From Deltaproteobacteria bacterium RIFCSPHIGHO2_02_FULL_40_28 (GTDB lineage: Bacteria; UBA10199; 2-12-FULL-40-28), in NCBI GenBank assembly GCA_001798135.1, contig MGRJ01000020.1, positions 31,513 through 95,512 on the forward strand: a stretch of 64,000 nucleotides of DNA, given 5' to 3'. Shown here one piece after another: positions 37,647 to 46,804 of the stretch (positions are counted from its first letter, which is position 1; each line of letters begins with the position of its first letter). The translations under genes and the position numbers were made by a program. The notes beneath the pieces were generated by a model that saw nothing but the letters and a program-made list of their open reading frames with translations, was not told where the DNA came from and searched no databases.

Positions 37647-38352
37647 AGTCATAACTCCCCCAATTCTGGTGATGATTCATGGAGCTGGTGGAAATTATAC
37701 CAACTGGCCCCTTTCTTTAAGAAAGTTGCCAGGCATCAATATTGTAGCTCTTGATTTGCCAGGGCATGGTAAATCTAAGGAAGAGGGTTTTGATTCTACC
37801 AACGCCTATGCTCATTTTGTTTCCAATTTTGTTACAAATTCCAATCTTAAAAAAGTGGTGCTTGTAGGACATTCGATGGGTGGCGCCATTGCCATGTACG
37901 AAGCTCTTGGCAAACCAAGTTGGCTTTGTGGTTTGGTTTTACTAAGTACGGGGGCTAAACTCAAAGTATCTTCTCAATTGATGGAATTGTTAAAAAATCA
38001 TTCGAAAAATATCAGTTCGTTTTTATCTCAAAATTTATTTAGTACTCATGCTGATCCTTTGCTTATTTCTGAAAGTGAAAAACAATTAAGTAAAATAAAT
38101 CCCAAAGTTTTACTGGGTGATTTTGTTGCTTGTGATAATTTTGATATCAGAGATCGTATTAAGGAAATTAAAATTCCCACCCTGATTATTGTTGGAGAAA
38201 AAGATTGTATGACGCCCCCATCTTATTCACAATTTCTGGCTGAAAATATTTTGGGTGCACAACTTGAAATCATAAAAGACGCAGGACATATGGTGATGTT
38301 GGAGAAACCTGATGAGGTTTCGAAATTAATTGTAAGTTTTATAAATCGATAG
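37621..38352 (+). CDS. Alpha/beta-fold hydrolase
   Basis: Nucleophile elbow GHSMGG, HG oxyanion region (IHGAGGN), C-terminal His (GHMVM). Confidence 0.75.
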   Translation: MQKQKTQYKVITPPILVMIHGAGGNYTNWPLSLRKLPGINIVALDLPGHGKSKEEGFDSTNAYAHFVSNFVTNSNLKKVVLVGHSMGGAIAMYEALGKPSWLCGLVLLSTGAKLKVSSQLMELLKNHSKNISSFLSQNLFSTHADPLLISESEKQLSKINPKVLLGDFVACDNFDIRDRIKEIKIPTLIIVGEKDCMTPPSYSQFLAENILGAQLEIIKDAGHMVMLEKPDEVSKLIVSFINR

Positions 38353-38437
38353 CGGGTCCTGCCGCCAGGAGGTTTCCCGCTGGTGCTCGCCCTAAGGCTG
38401 CGCGCCATCGGAAGCCCTCCTCCTGGCGTCACCCGCT
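38351..38437. repeat. Family-E GC-rich palindromic element (opposite orientation)
   Basis: AGCGGGTCCTGCCGCCAGGAGG...CCTCCTGGCGTCACCCGCT; termini are inverted complements of each other and match the ends of the 30745 element. Confidence 0.8.
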
Positions 38438-38459
38438 TAAGATATTACGCCTGCATCTT

Positions 38460-39284
38460 TCATTCGATTACGATACCCGCATATCCTACAACCGATTCGT
38501 AATCCCCGCTTACAGGTCCTGAAGTTTGATGATCAATCAAGGTAGCTTTTTTAGCTCCTAAACGATTAGCGGCATAAAGCATAACTGTTGTTGGAATGAT
38601 ACCGCACATGGAAATATGATTGGTGTGTACGGTTTCATAAAGTTTGGCCGGATCTTTTTCTAACACAGCATCAATGGCCAATTGATCTTTTTGAAGAGTG
38701 AGCTCGTGTGCTTCATAATGGTTCATATCAGATGAAGCTACAATGAGCAGAGGTTCAGATAAATTTTGAGTAACCCTTGCAATGGCTTCTCCTAACATCT
38801 CACATTCGGATAGTTTTAAATGAGATAAAGTGATGGGAACAAATTGAATTTGTGGATTAAGACGCAAAAGAAAAGGAAGCTGTACTTCCAAAGAATGTTC
38901 TCGCAAGTGGGCCAGATGGTCCTTGGTTAAAAAGGAACATTCTTTCATCAAAGCCATCGCCATGGTTTCATCAATGGAAATATTTCCATTAGGAAGCTGC
39001 CAAGAGCCACTATCCATCAGAGCAGCTTTGGCCCCCAAACCTGTGTGGTTGGGGCATAGCACCAAGGCTTTGTTTGGAATGTGAATGGTTGCATAAACTT
39101 TTCCTGCAACAGCGCCCGAATAAATATAGCCCGCATGGGGAACTACAATTCCAATTGCTTTTGTTTTTTGAACTGAAGTTTGAAGGTATTGATCGAGAGC
39201 GGCAGCTAATTGAGTGGGAGTTGCTGGATAAAATTGTCCCGCTACCGCAGGATAGCGAACAATTTTTTGATTACTTTCGTTCAT
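38460..39284 (-). CDS. MEMO1-family protein (AmmeMemoRadiSam system protein B-like)
   Basis: Memo-type blocks PAVAGQFYP, VVPHAGYIYSG, HSLEVQLPFL; 274 aa. Confidence 0.7.
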   Translation of the reverse strand: MNESNQKIVRYPAVAGQFYPATPTQLAAALDQYLQTSVQKTKAIGIVVPHAGYIYSGAVAGKVYATIHIPNKALVLCPNHTGLGAKAALMDSGSWQLPNGNISIDETMAMALMKECSFLTKDHLAHLREHSLEVQLPFLLRLNPQIQFVPITLSHLKLSECEMLGEAIARVTQNLSEPLLIVASSDMNHYEAHELTLQKDQLAIDAVLEKDPAKLYETVHTNHISMCGIIPTTVMLYAANRLGAKKATLIDHQTSGPVSGDYESVVGYAGIVIE

Positions 39285-39299
39285 GTAGTTCCCCGAAGA

Positions 39300-40355
39300 C
39301 TACTTTAAAGGCTTTAATCTCTCAGGTCTAAATTCACGCAAAATTTTTCCAGCCTGCCACATTTCTTGGTTAGCCATGGTTTCTAATTCCTTTTCCAACT
39401 TTGGTCGATAATCAGATTTAGAATTAGCTTCGATGGTAATTCTGGCTTCGTTTCCTGTTTGAACACTTTTGTAACATTCCTCAATCACAGGTTTAATGGC
39501 TTTTTCAAAACGAGGGGCCCAATCAAGTGCTCCTCTTTGAGCTGTTGTAGAACAATTAGCATACATCCAGTCCATGCCTTTTTCACCAATTAAGGGGTAC
39601 AAGCTTTGAAAAGCTTCTTCGATGCTTTCGTTATAAGCTTCCGAAGGAGAATGACCATGCGCTCTTAAAACCTCATATTGTGCCTTAATAGCGCCTTGAA
39701 TGAGCCCCATCAAAATACAACGCTCACCTGTTAAATCACTGTGCACTTCTTTTTGGAAGGTGGTTTCAAAAAGATGCCCCGAGCCAATGGCAATACCCAC
39801 AGCTTGCACACGCTCGCAGGCACGGCCTGTTGCATCCTGATAAACAGCATACGAGGCATTAATTCCTCGGCCATCTAAAAAGTGGGTGCGTACAGTTAAC
39901 CCACTGCCCTTGGGGGCACAGAGAACCACATCCACATTTTTAGGAGGGATAATTTTGGTATCGTTAGAAAAAACGATGCCAAATCCATGAGAGAAGTAAA
40001 GGCAATCACCTTCATTTAAACATTCTTTTAATTTGGGCCAAAAGGCAATTTGGCCTGCATCAGAGAGAAGAAACTGAATGAGGGTACCTTTTTTAGCAGC
40101 TTCTTCCATTTCAAAAAGATTTTTTCCTTCAACCCAACCCTCTTTTTGAGCCTTATCCCAACTGGATCCTTTTCTTAAACCTACAATGACATTAAAACCC
40201 TGATCTCTTAAGTTAAGGCTTTGCCCGCGACCTTGGGGGCCATAACCTAAAATGGCAATCACTTCATTTTTGAGTATTTTTTGTAATTTTTCTTTGGGGT
40301 AATCGCCTCTTTCGATAATAGTTTCTTGATGACCTGCAATATTGATTGTTTTCAT
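39300..40355 (-). CDS. ilvC: Ketol-acid reductoisomerase
   Basis: NADPH-binding AILGYGPQGRGQSLNLRDQGFNV, class-I KARI layout. Confidence 0.85.
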   Translation of the reverse strand: MKTINIAGHQETIIERGDYPKEKLQKILKNEVIAILGYGPQGRGQSLNLRDQGFNVIVGLRKGSSWDKAQKEGWVEGKNLFEMEEAAKKGTLIQFLLSDAGQIAFWPKLKECLNEGDCLYFSHGFGIVFSNDTKIIPPKNVDVVLCAPKGSGLTVRTHFLDGRGINASYAVYQDATGRACERVQAVGIAIGSGHLFETTFQKEVHSDLTGERCILMGLIQGAIKAQYEVLRAHGHSPSEAYNESIEEAFQSLYPLIGEKGMDWMYANCSTTAQRGALDWAPRFEKAIKPVIEECYKSVQTGNEARITIEANSKSDYRPKLEKELETMANQEMWQAGKILREFRPERLKPLK

Positions 40356-40460
40356 AAAATCTCCTTAAGGGTGGTCTATTTTTTCCTTTAAAACCAAGGG
40401 AGAAGGGCATAACATGCCTACTTTACATGGGTCAAGACCCAACACATAACAAATACAAAG

Positions 40461-40551
40461 CTGACAGGGGGATTCCTTTCGGGCCCTGCGGAACTCCTCG
40501 CCCGAAGGCTCGTCAGACAGTCCTCGGTCCCTTCAGGAACCCCCCTGCCAG
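40461..40551 (-). repeat. Family-A GC-rich structured repeat, copy 2
   Basis: Same core (reverse orientation) with different but mutually complementary arms (CTGACAGGGGGATTCC / GGAACCCCCCTGCCAG); between divergent ilvC and the ABC permease. Confidence 0.85.
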
Positions 40552-40565
40552 CTTCATACCCATCG

Positions 40566-41486
40566 ATGTTTTTTTATTTTTTTAAACGATTATTACTCTC
40601 TATTCCGGTGATGTTTGTGGTTGTTACCCTCGTATTTTTTTTATTACGTCTCATTCCTGGTGATCCCATCGATTTTATTTTGGGAGAAACAGCCCCTCAG
40701 GCTGATCGCTTGGCCCTAGTTACTAGCCAAGGGTTTGATGAGCCTCTTTTGAAGCAATATTCTCATTTTTTAAAAGATATTTTTGAAGGAAATTTAGGGC
40801 AATCTTATTTTACCCGAAAATCTGTAGGAGATCTGATTGGTGAACGCTATCCTCAAACCGTCAAGTTGGCCCTGGTAGCCATGGTTTGGGCCATTTTATT
40901 TTCTATTCCTACTGGTGTGTTTGCCTCTGTTTTAAGGGGAAAATTTTTTGATCGTTTACTTTTGGCTTTATCCCTTGTTGGAATTTCTGTTCCTAGTTTT
41001 TACTTGGGGCCACTTCTTGTTTTGTTATTTTCAATCAAGCTCGATTGGTTTCCTGCATCAGGACAAGATTTATCAGGCTCAATCATTCTACCCAGTTTAA
41101 CTTTGGGTTTGGCCATGGCTGCTATTTTAACACGCATGACAAGATCTTCTATGTTGGATATTTTAAATTCAGATTATGTGCGTACAGCTCGTGCTAAGGG
41201 GCTTTCTTTTTTTAAAGTTGTTTTTAAACATGCCTTGGGAAATGCACTTGTTCCCATTGTTTCGCTTATAGCTCTTCAGTTTGGAACTTTACTGGCTGGA
41301 GCTATTGTGACTGAAAAAATTTTTTCATGGCCAGGTTTAGGGAGCCTTCTTTTAGAATCCATTGGTCGTAGAGATTATGCCGTGGTTCAGGGTTGTTTAA
41401 TGGTAATTGCATTAGCTTATGTGGTGGTAAATTTGTTGGCAGACTTGGTATTAACGAAAATTGATCCAAGAATACGCCTCAAGTAG
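40566..41486 (+). CDS. ABC transporter permease (Dpp/Opp B-type)
   Basis: Six-TM permease with the type-1 ABC transmembrane signature region (SDYVRTARAKGL). Confidence 0.85.
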   Translation: MFFYFFKRLLLSIPVMFVVVTLVFFLLRLIPGDPIDFILGETAPQADRLALVTSQGFDEPLLKQYSHFLKDIFEGNLGQSYFTRKSVGDLIGERYPQTVKLALVAMVWAILFSIPTGVFASVLRGKFFDRLLLALSLVGISVPSFYLGPLLVLLFSIKLDWFPASGQDLSGSIILPSLTLGLAMAAILTRMTRSSMLDILNSDYVRTARAKGLSFFKVVFKHALGNALVPIVSLIALQFGTLLAGAIVTEKIFSWPGLGSLLLESIGRRDYAVVQGCLMVIALAYVVVNLLADLVLTKIDPRIRLK

Positions 41487-41487
41487 T

Positions 41488-42267
41488 ATGAAAAATAGAT
41501 TTTTTATTTACTTAGCTCTTTTTTTTGTAGTGATTGTTTTTTTAGGGCCCAATCTAGCTCCTCATCATCCTTTTCACTATGATCTTTCCCAAGGATTTTT
41601 AACACCTTCCTTTCAGCATTGGTTAGGCACAGATGAAAATGGGCGCGATATTTTAAGTCGTATTCTTTTTGGCTCCCGGATTTCCATGGGAATTGCGCTT
41701 GTGGTGGTTTTAGTATGTGCTTTTCTTGGAACCATCATTGGTTTTTTAGCAGGTTATTTTGGTGGAATGGTTGATCGAATTTTTTTAATGATTGCTGATC
41801 TTTTTCAGGCTTTCCCGGGAATCCTTTTAGCCATTGCCATTGCAGCTTTTTTACCACCCAGTTTTTTGAATGTTGTTGTTATTTTGTGCCTTGTAGGATG
41901 GGTAGGCTATGCCCGTATAACAAGGGCTCAAGTGCTTTCTCTTCGCGAGAAAGAATTTATGGAAGCTGGAAGAGCGTTGGGACTTCCTTTGTGGCGTCTT
42001 TTTTCATTTCATGTGTTTCCTAATTTAGCAGGGCCACTGGTTGTGCAAGCAACCTTTGGAATGGCAGGGGTAATTTTAATAGAATCTACCCTTAGTTTTT
42101 TAGGTTTAGGTGTGCCAGCAACAGTGCCTAGTTTAGGACGTATGATGGATAGTGGAAGTTCTTTATTGCTTGTTGCTCCGCATATTGCGCTTTTTCCCGG
42201 CTTAGCCATTATGTTAATCATTTTGATTTTTAATTTAGCTGGAGATCAATTAAGGGAGAATATTTAG
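41488..42267 (+). CDS. ABC transporter permease (Dpp/Opp C-type)
   Basis: N-terminal region LGTDENGRDILSRILFG typical of DppC/OppC; multi-TM. Confidence 0.85.
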   Translation: MKNRFFIYLALFFVVIVFLGPNLAPHHPFHYDLSQGFLTPSFQHWLGTDENGRDILSRILFGSRISMGIALVVVLVCAFLGTIIGFLAGYFGGMVDRIFLMIADLFQAFPGILLAIAIAAFLPPSFLNVVVILCLVGWVGYARITRAQVLSLREKEFMEAGRALGLPLWRLFSFHVFPNLAGPLVVQATFGMAGVILIESTLSFLGLGVPATVPSLGRMMDSGSSLLLVAPHIALFPGLAIMLIILIFNLAGDQLRENI

Positions 42268-42274
42268 AGGCATT

Positions 42275-42406
42275 GCGGGTGACACGGCCTTGTCCCCTCC
42301 CCCTTGAGGGGGGAGGGTTAGGGAGAGGGTGAAAATTTTGAATTACCCCTCACCCTGCACCCTCTCCCCCAAGGGGAGAGGGGAAGAATGGGCAGGACCC
42401 GCTGAC
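42275..42406. repeat. Composite element: family-E-like termini enclosing family-D hairpins
   Basis: Starts GCGGGTGACACGG, ends GGCAGGACCCGCTGAC; interior hairpins CCCCTCCCCCTTGAGGGGGGAGGG and CCCTCTCCCCCAAGGGGAGAGGG; between dppC-like and nagZ. Confidence 0.8.
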
Positions 42407-42413
42407 TTTTATT

Positions 42414-43472
42414 ATGAAGCATCTTATTGGAGAGCACATTGTAGGTGGATTTGATGGCGTAACGATAACTGCGCAATTACATTTGCTTGTTCAAAAATAT
42501 CACTTGGGTGGTTTTATTTTTTTTCGTCGAAATATTGAAAATACAGATCAAGTTTTAGAACTCACTCAAAGTCTTCAAGAAAAATCAGAAAATATTTTAT
42601 GGATGGGGGTAGATCAAGAAGGAGGACGTGTTTTTCGTTTAGGGGAACCCTTCACGACAATTCCTACCATGGCCATTGTGGGCGAATATTATCGGCGCAC
42701 CAAAAATAAAAAAGTTCTTTTTCAATTAGGAAAACTTTTAGGAACAGAACTCAAAGCTGTGGGATTTAACTGGGACTACGCTCCCGTGGTGGATGTTCAT
42801 TCTAATCCTCAAAACCCAATCATTGGTGATCGCTCTTTTAGTCCCGATCCCCATGTGGTTACACAGTGTGCAGAAGCTGTAATCAAGGGGCTGCATAGTG
42901 TTGGAGTTGTTTCTTGCATCAAACATTTTCCAGGGCATGGAGAAACAGCGGTTGATTCGCATCTTAAACTTCCTGTGGTAAAATCTCCTGGAAGGCTTTT
43001 ATGGAAGCGTGATGTTTTCCCTTTTCGGGAGCTGATTAAAAAACATAGGGTGCCAACGCTGATGACAGCTCATGTAAAATACATGGAGTTTGATAAACAA
43101 AATTGTGCCACTCTTTCCAAACCCATTTTAACGCGTATTTTGCGTGGACGTTTGGGGTATAAAAATTTGATTGTTTCGGATGATCTTTTTATGAAGGCCA
43201 TTGCAGACAGGTATAGTTTAGCTGATGCTTGCGAGCAATTTTTTATGGCAGGGGGTGATATTGCTCTTATTTGCAAAGAGCCAGAACTACAAATTGAAGT
43301 CATCGAACAATTAGAAAAATCAGTTTCAAAAAGTAAGGCCTTCGAAAAAAAATTAACAGAATCTTATTCTCGTATTAAACGCATCAAAAAACACTATCTC
43401 AAAAACCAATCTCGTCCATCCCTTGAGGTTATTGGATGTGTTGCTCACAAAGAAATTGCAAATATTTTTTAG
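42414..43472 (+). CDS. nagZ: Beta-N-acetylhexosaminidase (GH3, NagZ-like)
   Basis: GH3 blocks MGVDQEGGRV, NWDYAPVVDV, KHFPGHG. Confidence 0.85.
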   Translation: MKHLIGEHIVGGFDGVTITAQLHLLVQKYHLGGFIFFRRNIENTDQVLELTQSLQEKSENILWMGVDQEGGRVFRLGEPFTTIPTMAIVGEYYRRTKNKKVLFQLGKLLGTELKAVGFNWDYAPVVDVHSNPQNPIIGDRSFSPDPHVVTQCAEAVIKGLHSVGVVSCIKHFPGHGETAVDSHLKLPVVKSPGRLLWKRDVFPFRELIKKHRVPTLMTAHVKYMEFDKQNCATLSKPILTRILRGRLGYKNLIVSDDLFMKAIADRYSLADACEQFFMAGGDIALICKEPELQIEVIEQLEKSVSKSKAFEKKLTESYSRIKRIKKHYLKNQSRPSLEVIGCVAHKEIANIF

Positions 43473-44578
43473 ATCAGTTGATTAAGAAACAAACCAGCTG
43501 GACAAATACGGATATTTTCTTTTGAAAGAAAATCTTTCTTACCCTGAAGTGAAATTTGCCAGGCTGGAACGGAGGGAAATTTTGTTTTAAGATATTTAAG
43601 TCCTTCTGAAGGAGCATCATCAGAGAGCTTGCATTCAACAAACAAGTAAGGTTTACGGTTTTCAGTTACAACAAAATCAACCTCTCGTTTATGCACATCA
43701 CGAAAATAACAAAGGGCCATTTCTCTGCCTTGCGTGTCATACAAATAATGGGTCCACTTCAAAAGATGGCAAGCTATCATATTTTCGAAACGAAGAGCAG
43801 AATTGTCTACAAGGGTCCAATCATAGTGGTAATGTTTTTGTTCTTTTTTAACAGCTCTGATTTTAGGAGCCCCAAAGGGTGCAAGCCTAAAAATAGCATA
43901 GAGTCGCTCAAGAACATTGAGCCAACGAGAAACTGTTTTATGATTTAATTGTAGATCTTCTCTTAAGCTATTGATGGAAAGAGGGCTTCCAACCAATTCA
44001 GGCAAACGAATCATAAGAAGTTCTAGTTGTCCTAAATTTTCGATGCCCTCAAGAGATCTCACTTCATCTTGAATCAAGCGATTGCGGTATTCAAGAGACC
44101 ATCGTTTGGATTCAATTTCATTTTTTTTAAGATAGGGTTCTGGGAATCCGCCCAATTGGAGAAGTTGTTGTAAATGAGAGGAAGAAGACATCTTCAGTTC
44201 GGCAAAAGAAAGAGGGTGAAGACGCAAATAATGATAGCGGCCTTGGAGCGAATCGCCACCAAAACGATAATAATCAAGCCTAGCACTTCCTGTAATTAAA
44301 AATTGGCAATTCTTTTTTCTTTCATCGTAGAGTCCTTTGAGATAATTCCGCCACTGACGATACTTGTGGATTTCATCAAAAATAAGGAGCCCTTTTTCAG
44401 GGAGTTCGTATTTAAGAATACGTTCCCGATGTTCTGGGATGTCCCAGTTCAAATAAACATGGGAAGAATAAGCCAAATCCAAGGCGAGGGTTGTTTTCCC
44501 AACCTGCCGTGGTCCACCTACGAAAACCATTTTGGAATTCAAGTCTTTAAGGATTTGTTTTTGAAGATACCGCTCCAT
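43469..44578 (-). CDS. AAA+ ATPase, AAA_14/DUF4143-type
   Basis: Walker A GPRQVGKTTLA, Walker B LLIFDEIH, DUF4143-like C-terminus; in tandem with the paralog at 44620. Confidence 0.8.
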   Translation of the reverse strand: MERYLQKQILKDLNSKMVFVGGPRQVGKTTLALDLAYSSHVYLNWDIPEHRERILKYELPEKGLLIFDEIHKYRQWRNYLKGLYDERKKNCQFLITGSARLDYYRFGGDSLQGRYHYLRLHPLSFAELKMSSSSHLQQLLQLGGFPEPYLKKNEIESKRWSLEYRNRLIQDEVRSLEGIENLGQLELLMIRLPELVGSPLSINSLREDLQLNHKTVSRWLNVLERLYAIFRLAPFGAPKIRAVKKEQKHYHYDWTLVDNSALRFENMIACHLLKWTHYLYDTQGREMALCYFRDVHKREVDFVVTENRKPYLFVECKLSDDAPSEGLKYLKTKFPSVPAWQISLQGKKDFLSKENIRICPAGLFLNQLI

Positions 44579-44619
44579 TTGAGTATTTTATACAATAGGG
44601 TAAATAAGTAAATACTTTT

Positions 44620-45777
44620 TTATACAATGGTATAAGGCAACTCTTTTACAAATTTAGCAAAAGGGAGAACCCTTATGGGAAAAGTGGCATGTTCATAATC
44701 TTTTACCCCTAGATGAACTTGATAAAAGCGAGGTATTTTTAGCCTTTGGCAATAGTAAAAAAGAGAAGGATTAATTGTTGTTTGATTGATATGGCACTCA
44801 ACAGCAAATAATGGTTTTTTTTGTTTTAAGACAACAAAATCAACCTCACGTTTATCTGTATCACGGATATAACGAAGTTCCATAGGAAATCCCTCTACAT
44901 CTTCCATAAAGTTGCAATATTTTAGGAGATGAGAAGCAACCATGTTTTCAAAGCGGGGGCCTTTTTCTTCAACAAGGGACCAATCCCATAAATAAGCCTT
45001 ATTTTCCTTTTTAACTGCCCTGATTTTAGGAGCTCCAAAGGGAGGAATACGAAATAAAACAAAAAGACGTTCTAGAATGATTAGCCAATTTTGAACAGTT
45101 GGGTGAGAAACTTGGAGATCTTCTCTTAAAGCATTAATAGAAAGAGGGGACCCTACCAAGGCAGGGAGTCTTTCTGCAAGTTGACCAACCAGAGTTACCT
45201 CTTCAACACGTTCTAAATCTCTTAAGTCATCTCGTAATACTTGGTTAAATCTTTCCTGATGCCATCGCCTGAGTTTTTTTTGTGATTGGGAAAATAAAGG
45301 TTCTGGAAAGCCACCAAACTGAAAGAGGGATTCTACAGCATCAACATGAGCCTCTTTGTCTAGTTCTAAAAGACTAAAAGGGTGGAGTCTAAAAAAATGA
45401 TATCTTCCCGTAAGGGCATCTCCACCACGTCTATAGAGATCAAGTCTGGCGCTTCCTGTAACTAAATAAGCACGTTGTGTTTTTGTTTTATCATAAAGAC
45501 CTTTAAGCCAATTACGCCATCTTTTATATTTATGAATTTCATCGAATACCAAAAGTTTTTGATTGGGTGGAAATTGAAAATTAAGGAGAAGCTGTTGATC
45601 TTCTAAGAAATCCCAGTTAAAGTAGGCAGGATGGTTTTCGCTTCCTCCTAGGAGATTTAAAGCCAAGGTTGTTTTACCTACTTGGCGAGGCCCTGATAGA
45701 AAAACCATTTTTTCTTTTAAGTCTTCTTGAATATAGGGGGTTAAATAGCGTTTTGGCAGGTTATTAGTTATTTTCAT
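44620..45777 (-). CDS. AAA+ ATPase, AAA_14/DUF4143-type
   Basis: Walker A GPRQVGKTTLA, Walker B LLVFDEIH; start codon lies 3 nt from a perfect 30-bp palindrome. Confidence 0.8.
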   Translation of the reverse strand: MKITNNLPKRYLTPYIQEDLKEKMVFLSGPRQVGKTTLALNLLGGSENHPAYFNWDFLEDQQLLLNFQFPPNQKLLVFDEIHKYKRWRNWLKGLYDKTKTQRAYLVTGSARLDLYRRGGDALTGRYHFFRLHPFSLLELDKEAHVDAVESLFQFGGFPEPLFSQSQKKLRRWHQERFNQVLRDDLRDLERVEEVTLVGQLAERLPALVGSPLSINALREDLQVSHPTVQNWLIILERLFVLFRIPPFGAPKIRAVKKENKAYLWDWSLVEEKGPRFENMVASHLLKYCNFMEDVEGFPMELRYIRDTDKREVDFVVLKQKKPLFAVECHINQTTINPSLFYYCQRLKIPRFYQVHLGVKDYEHATFPIRVLPFAKFVKELPYTIV

Positions 45778-45780
45778 AGT

Positions 45781-45810
45781 ACTTAAAATTACTCATGAGT
45801 AATTTTAAGT
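45781..45810. promoter_or_regulatory. Perfect 30-bp palindrome (putative operator) immediately upstream of the AAA ATPase gene
   Basis: ACTTAAAATTACTCATGAGTAATTTTAAGT is exactly self-complementary; 3 nt from the start codon at 45777; flanked by further AAAATTACT / AAAATAACT motif copies. Confidence 0.5.
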
Positions 45811-46014
45811 TATATTAAAATTACTAATATCTAAAGTCAACAAATAAAAATCCTTTTTGTGGTCTAACCCCCCCAAAACGAGTGGTTAAGACCTCAAACA
45901 TACAAAAAGCATACTAAAATAACTAATAATATCAAATAGTTATATATATCATTTTTGGCATTGGCCTTGCAATTGTCATAAAGTAACCCGGGGTGGGGAT
46001 TGTGGATATTTTTT

Positions 46015-46752
46015 ATGAAAGTAAAAAGTCTATTTTTTATTTTATTTTTAATTACATTCCTTTTTGCCTGTAGTGGTGGAGGTGGTGGAGGTAGTGAAAC
46101 GACAGATATCCCTCTTGCTCTAGTTGATAGTGATGGTGATGGATTAACTGTTGGATGTGATGTTGATGATAACGATCCTACTGAAATCGATTTTCTTTCT
46201 ATTTGTGATAGCGATGGTGATGGCTATGTAAATGTGGTGTGTTCTGCTTACGATGATAACGAAAGTGGTGCTGTTACCGAAGATGAATTAGCAAGTCGTT
46301 TTTACTGCGATAACTGTGTTGGTATTAATAATCCCGATCAATTAGATGATGATCACGATGGCGCTGGCAATGCTTGCGATGTAACTGCCGATGTTTCTGT
46401 TTCCTATGTTCCATCTACTGCCGACGATGATTCTTCTGAAGAAGATACCTTATCTACTTCGAGTACCGATACAGATAGTGATGGTTTTCCCGACAATTCA
46501 GAAGCCTGTCCTACGCGTGGGCAGGCTGATGAATATTTTGCCTATGAGGATTGGAATGAAAATGGAACCTACGATGCCGATTCCGATACTCTTTTAACCG
46601 ACGAAAATACCTGGGATGGTTGTGGTTACGATACCGATGGTGATGAAATTTATGACCATGCCGAATGCTCTACACTTTGCGTGATCATGGAAAACTCTGC
46701 CGATAGCTCTGTGTGTGGTTTAGCTGATGATACTGGAGATAATTGCGATTAA
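46015..46752 (+). CDS. Acidic lipoprotein with calcium-binding-like Asp-rich repeats (hypothetical)
   Basis: Signal peptide with lipobox FACSGGGGGGS, then repeated DxDGDG / DSDGDG / DDDHDGAGN motifs (thrombospondin type-3-like) and conserved Cys. Confidence 0.6.
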   Translation: MKVKSLFFILFLITFLFACSGGGGGGSETTDIPLALVDSDGDGLTVGCDVDDNDPTEIDFLSICDSDGDGYVNVVCSAYDDNESGAVTEDELASRFYCDNCVGINNPDQLDDDHDGAGNACDVTADVSVSYVPSTADDDSSEEDTLSTSSTDTDSDGFPDNSEACPTRGQADEYFAYEDWNENGTYDADSDTLLTDENTWDGCGYDTDGDEIYDHAECSTLCVIMENSADSSVCGLADDTGDNCD

Positions 46753-46804
46753 TTAAAACCCTTCCTTGACAGTCTTTTAAAGGCCTAGCTAAGATACTCA
46801 ACTC

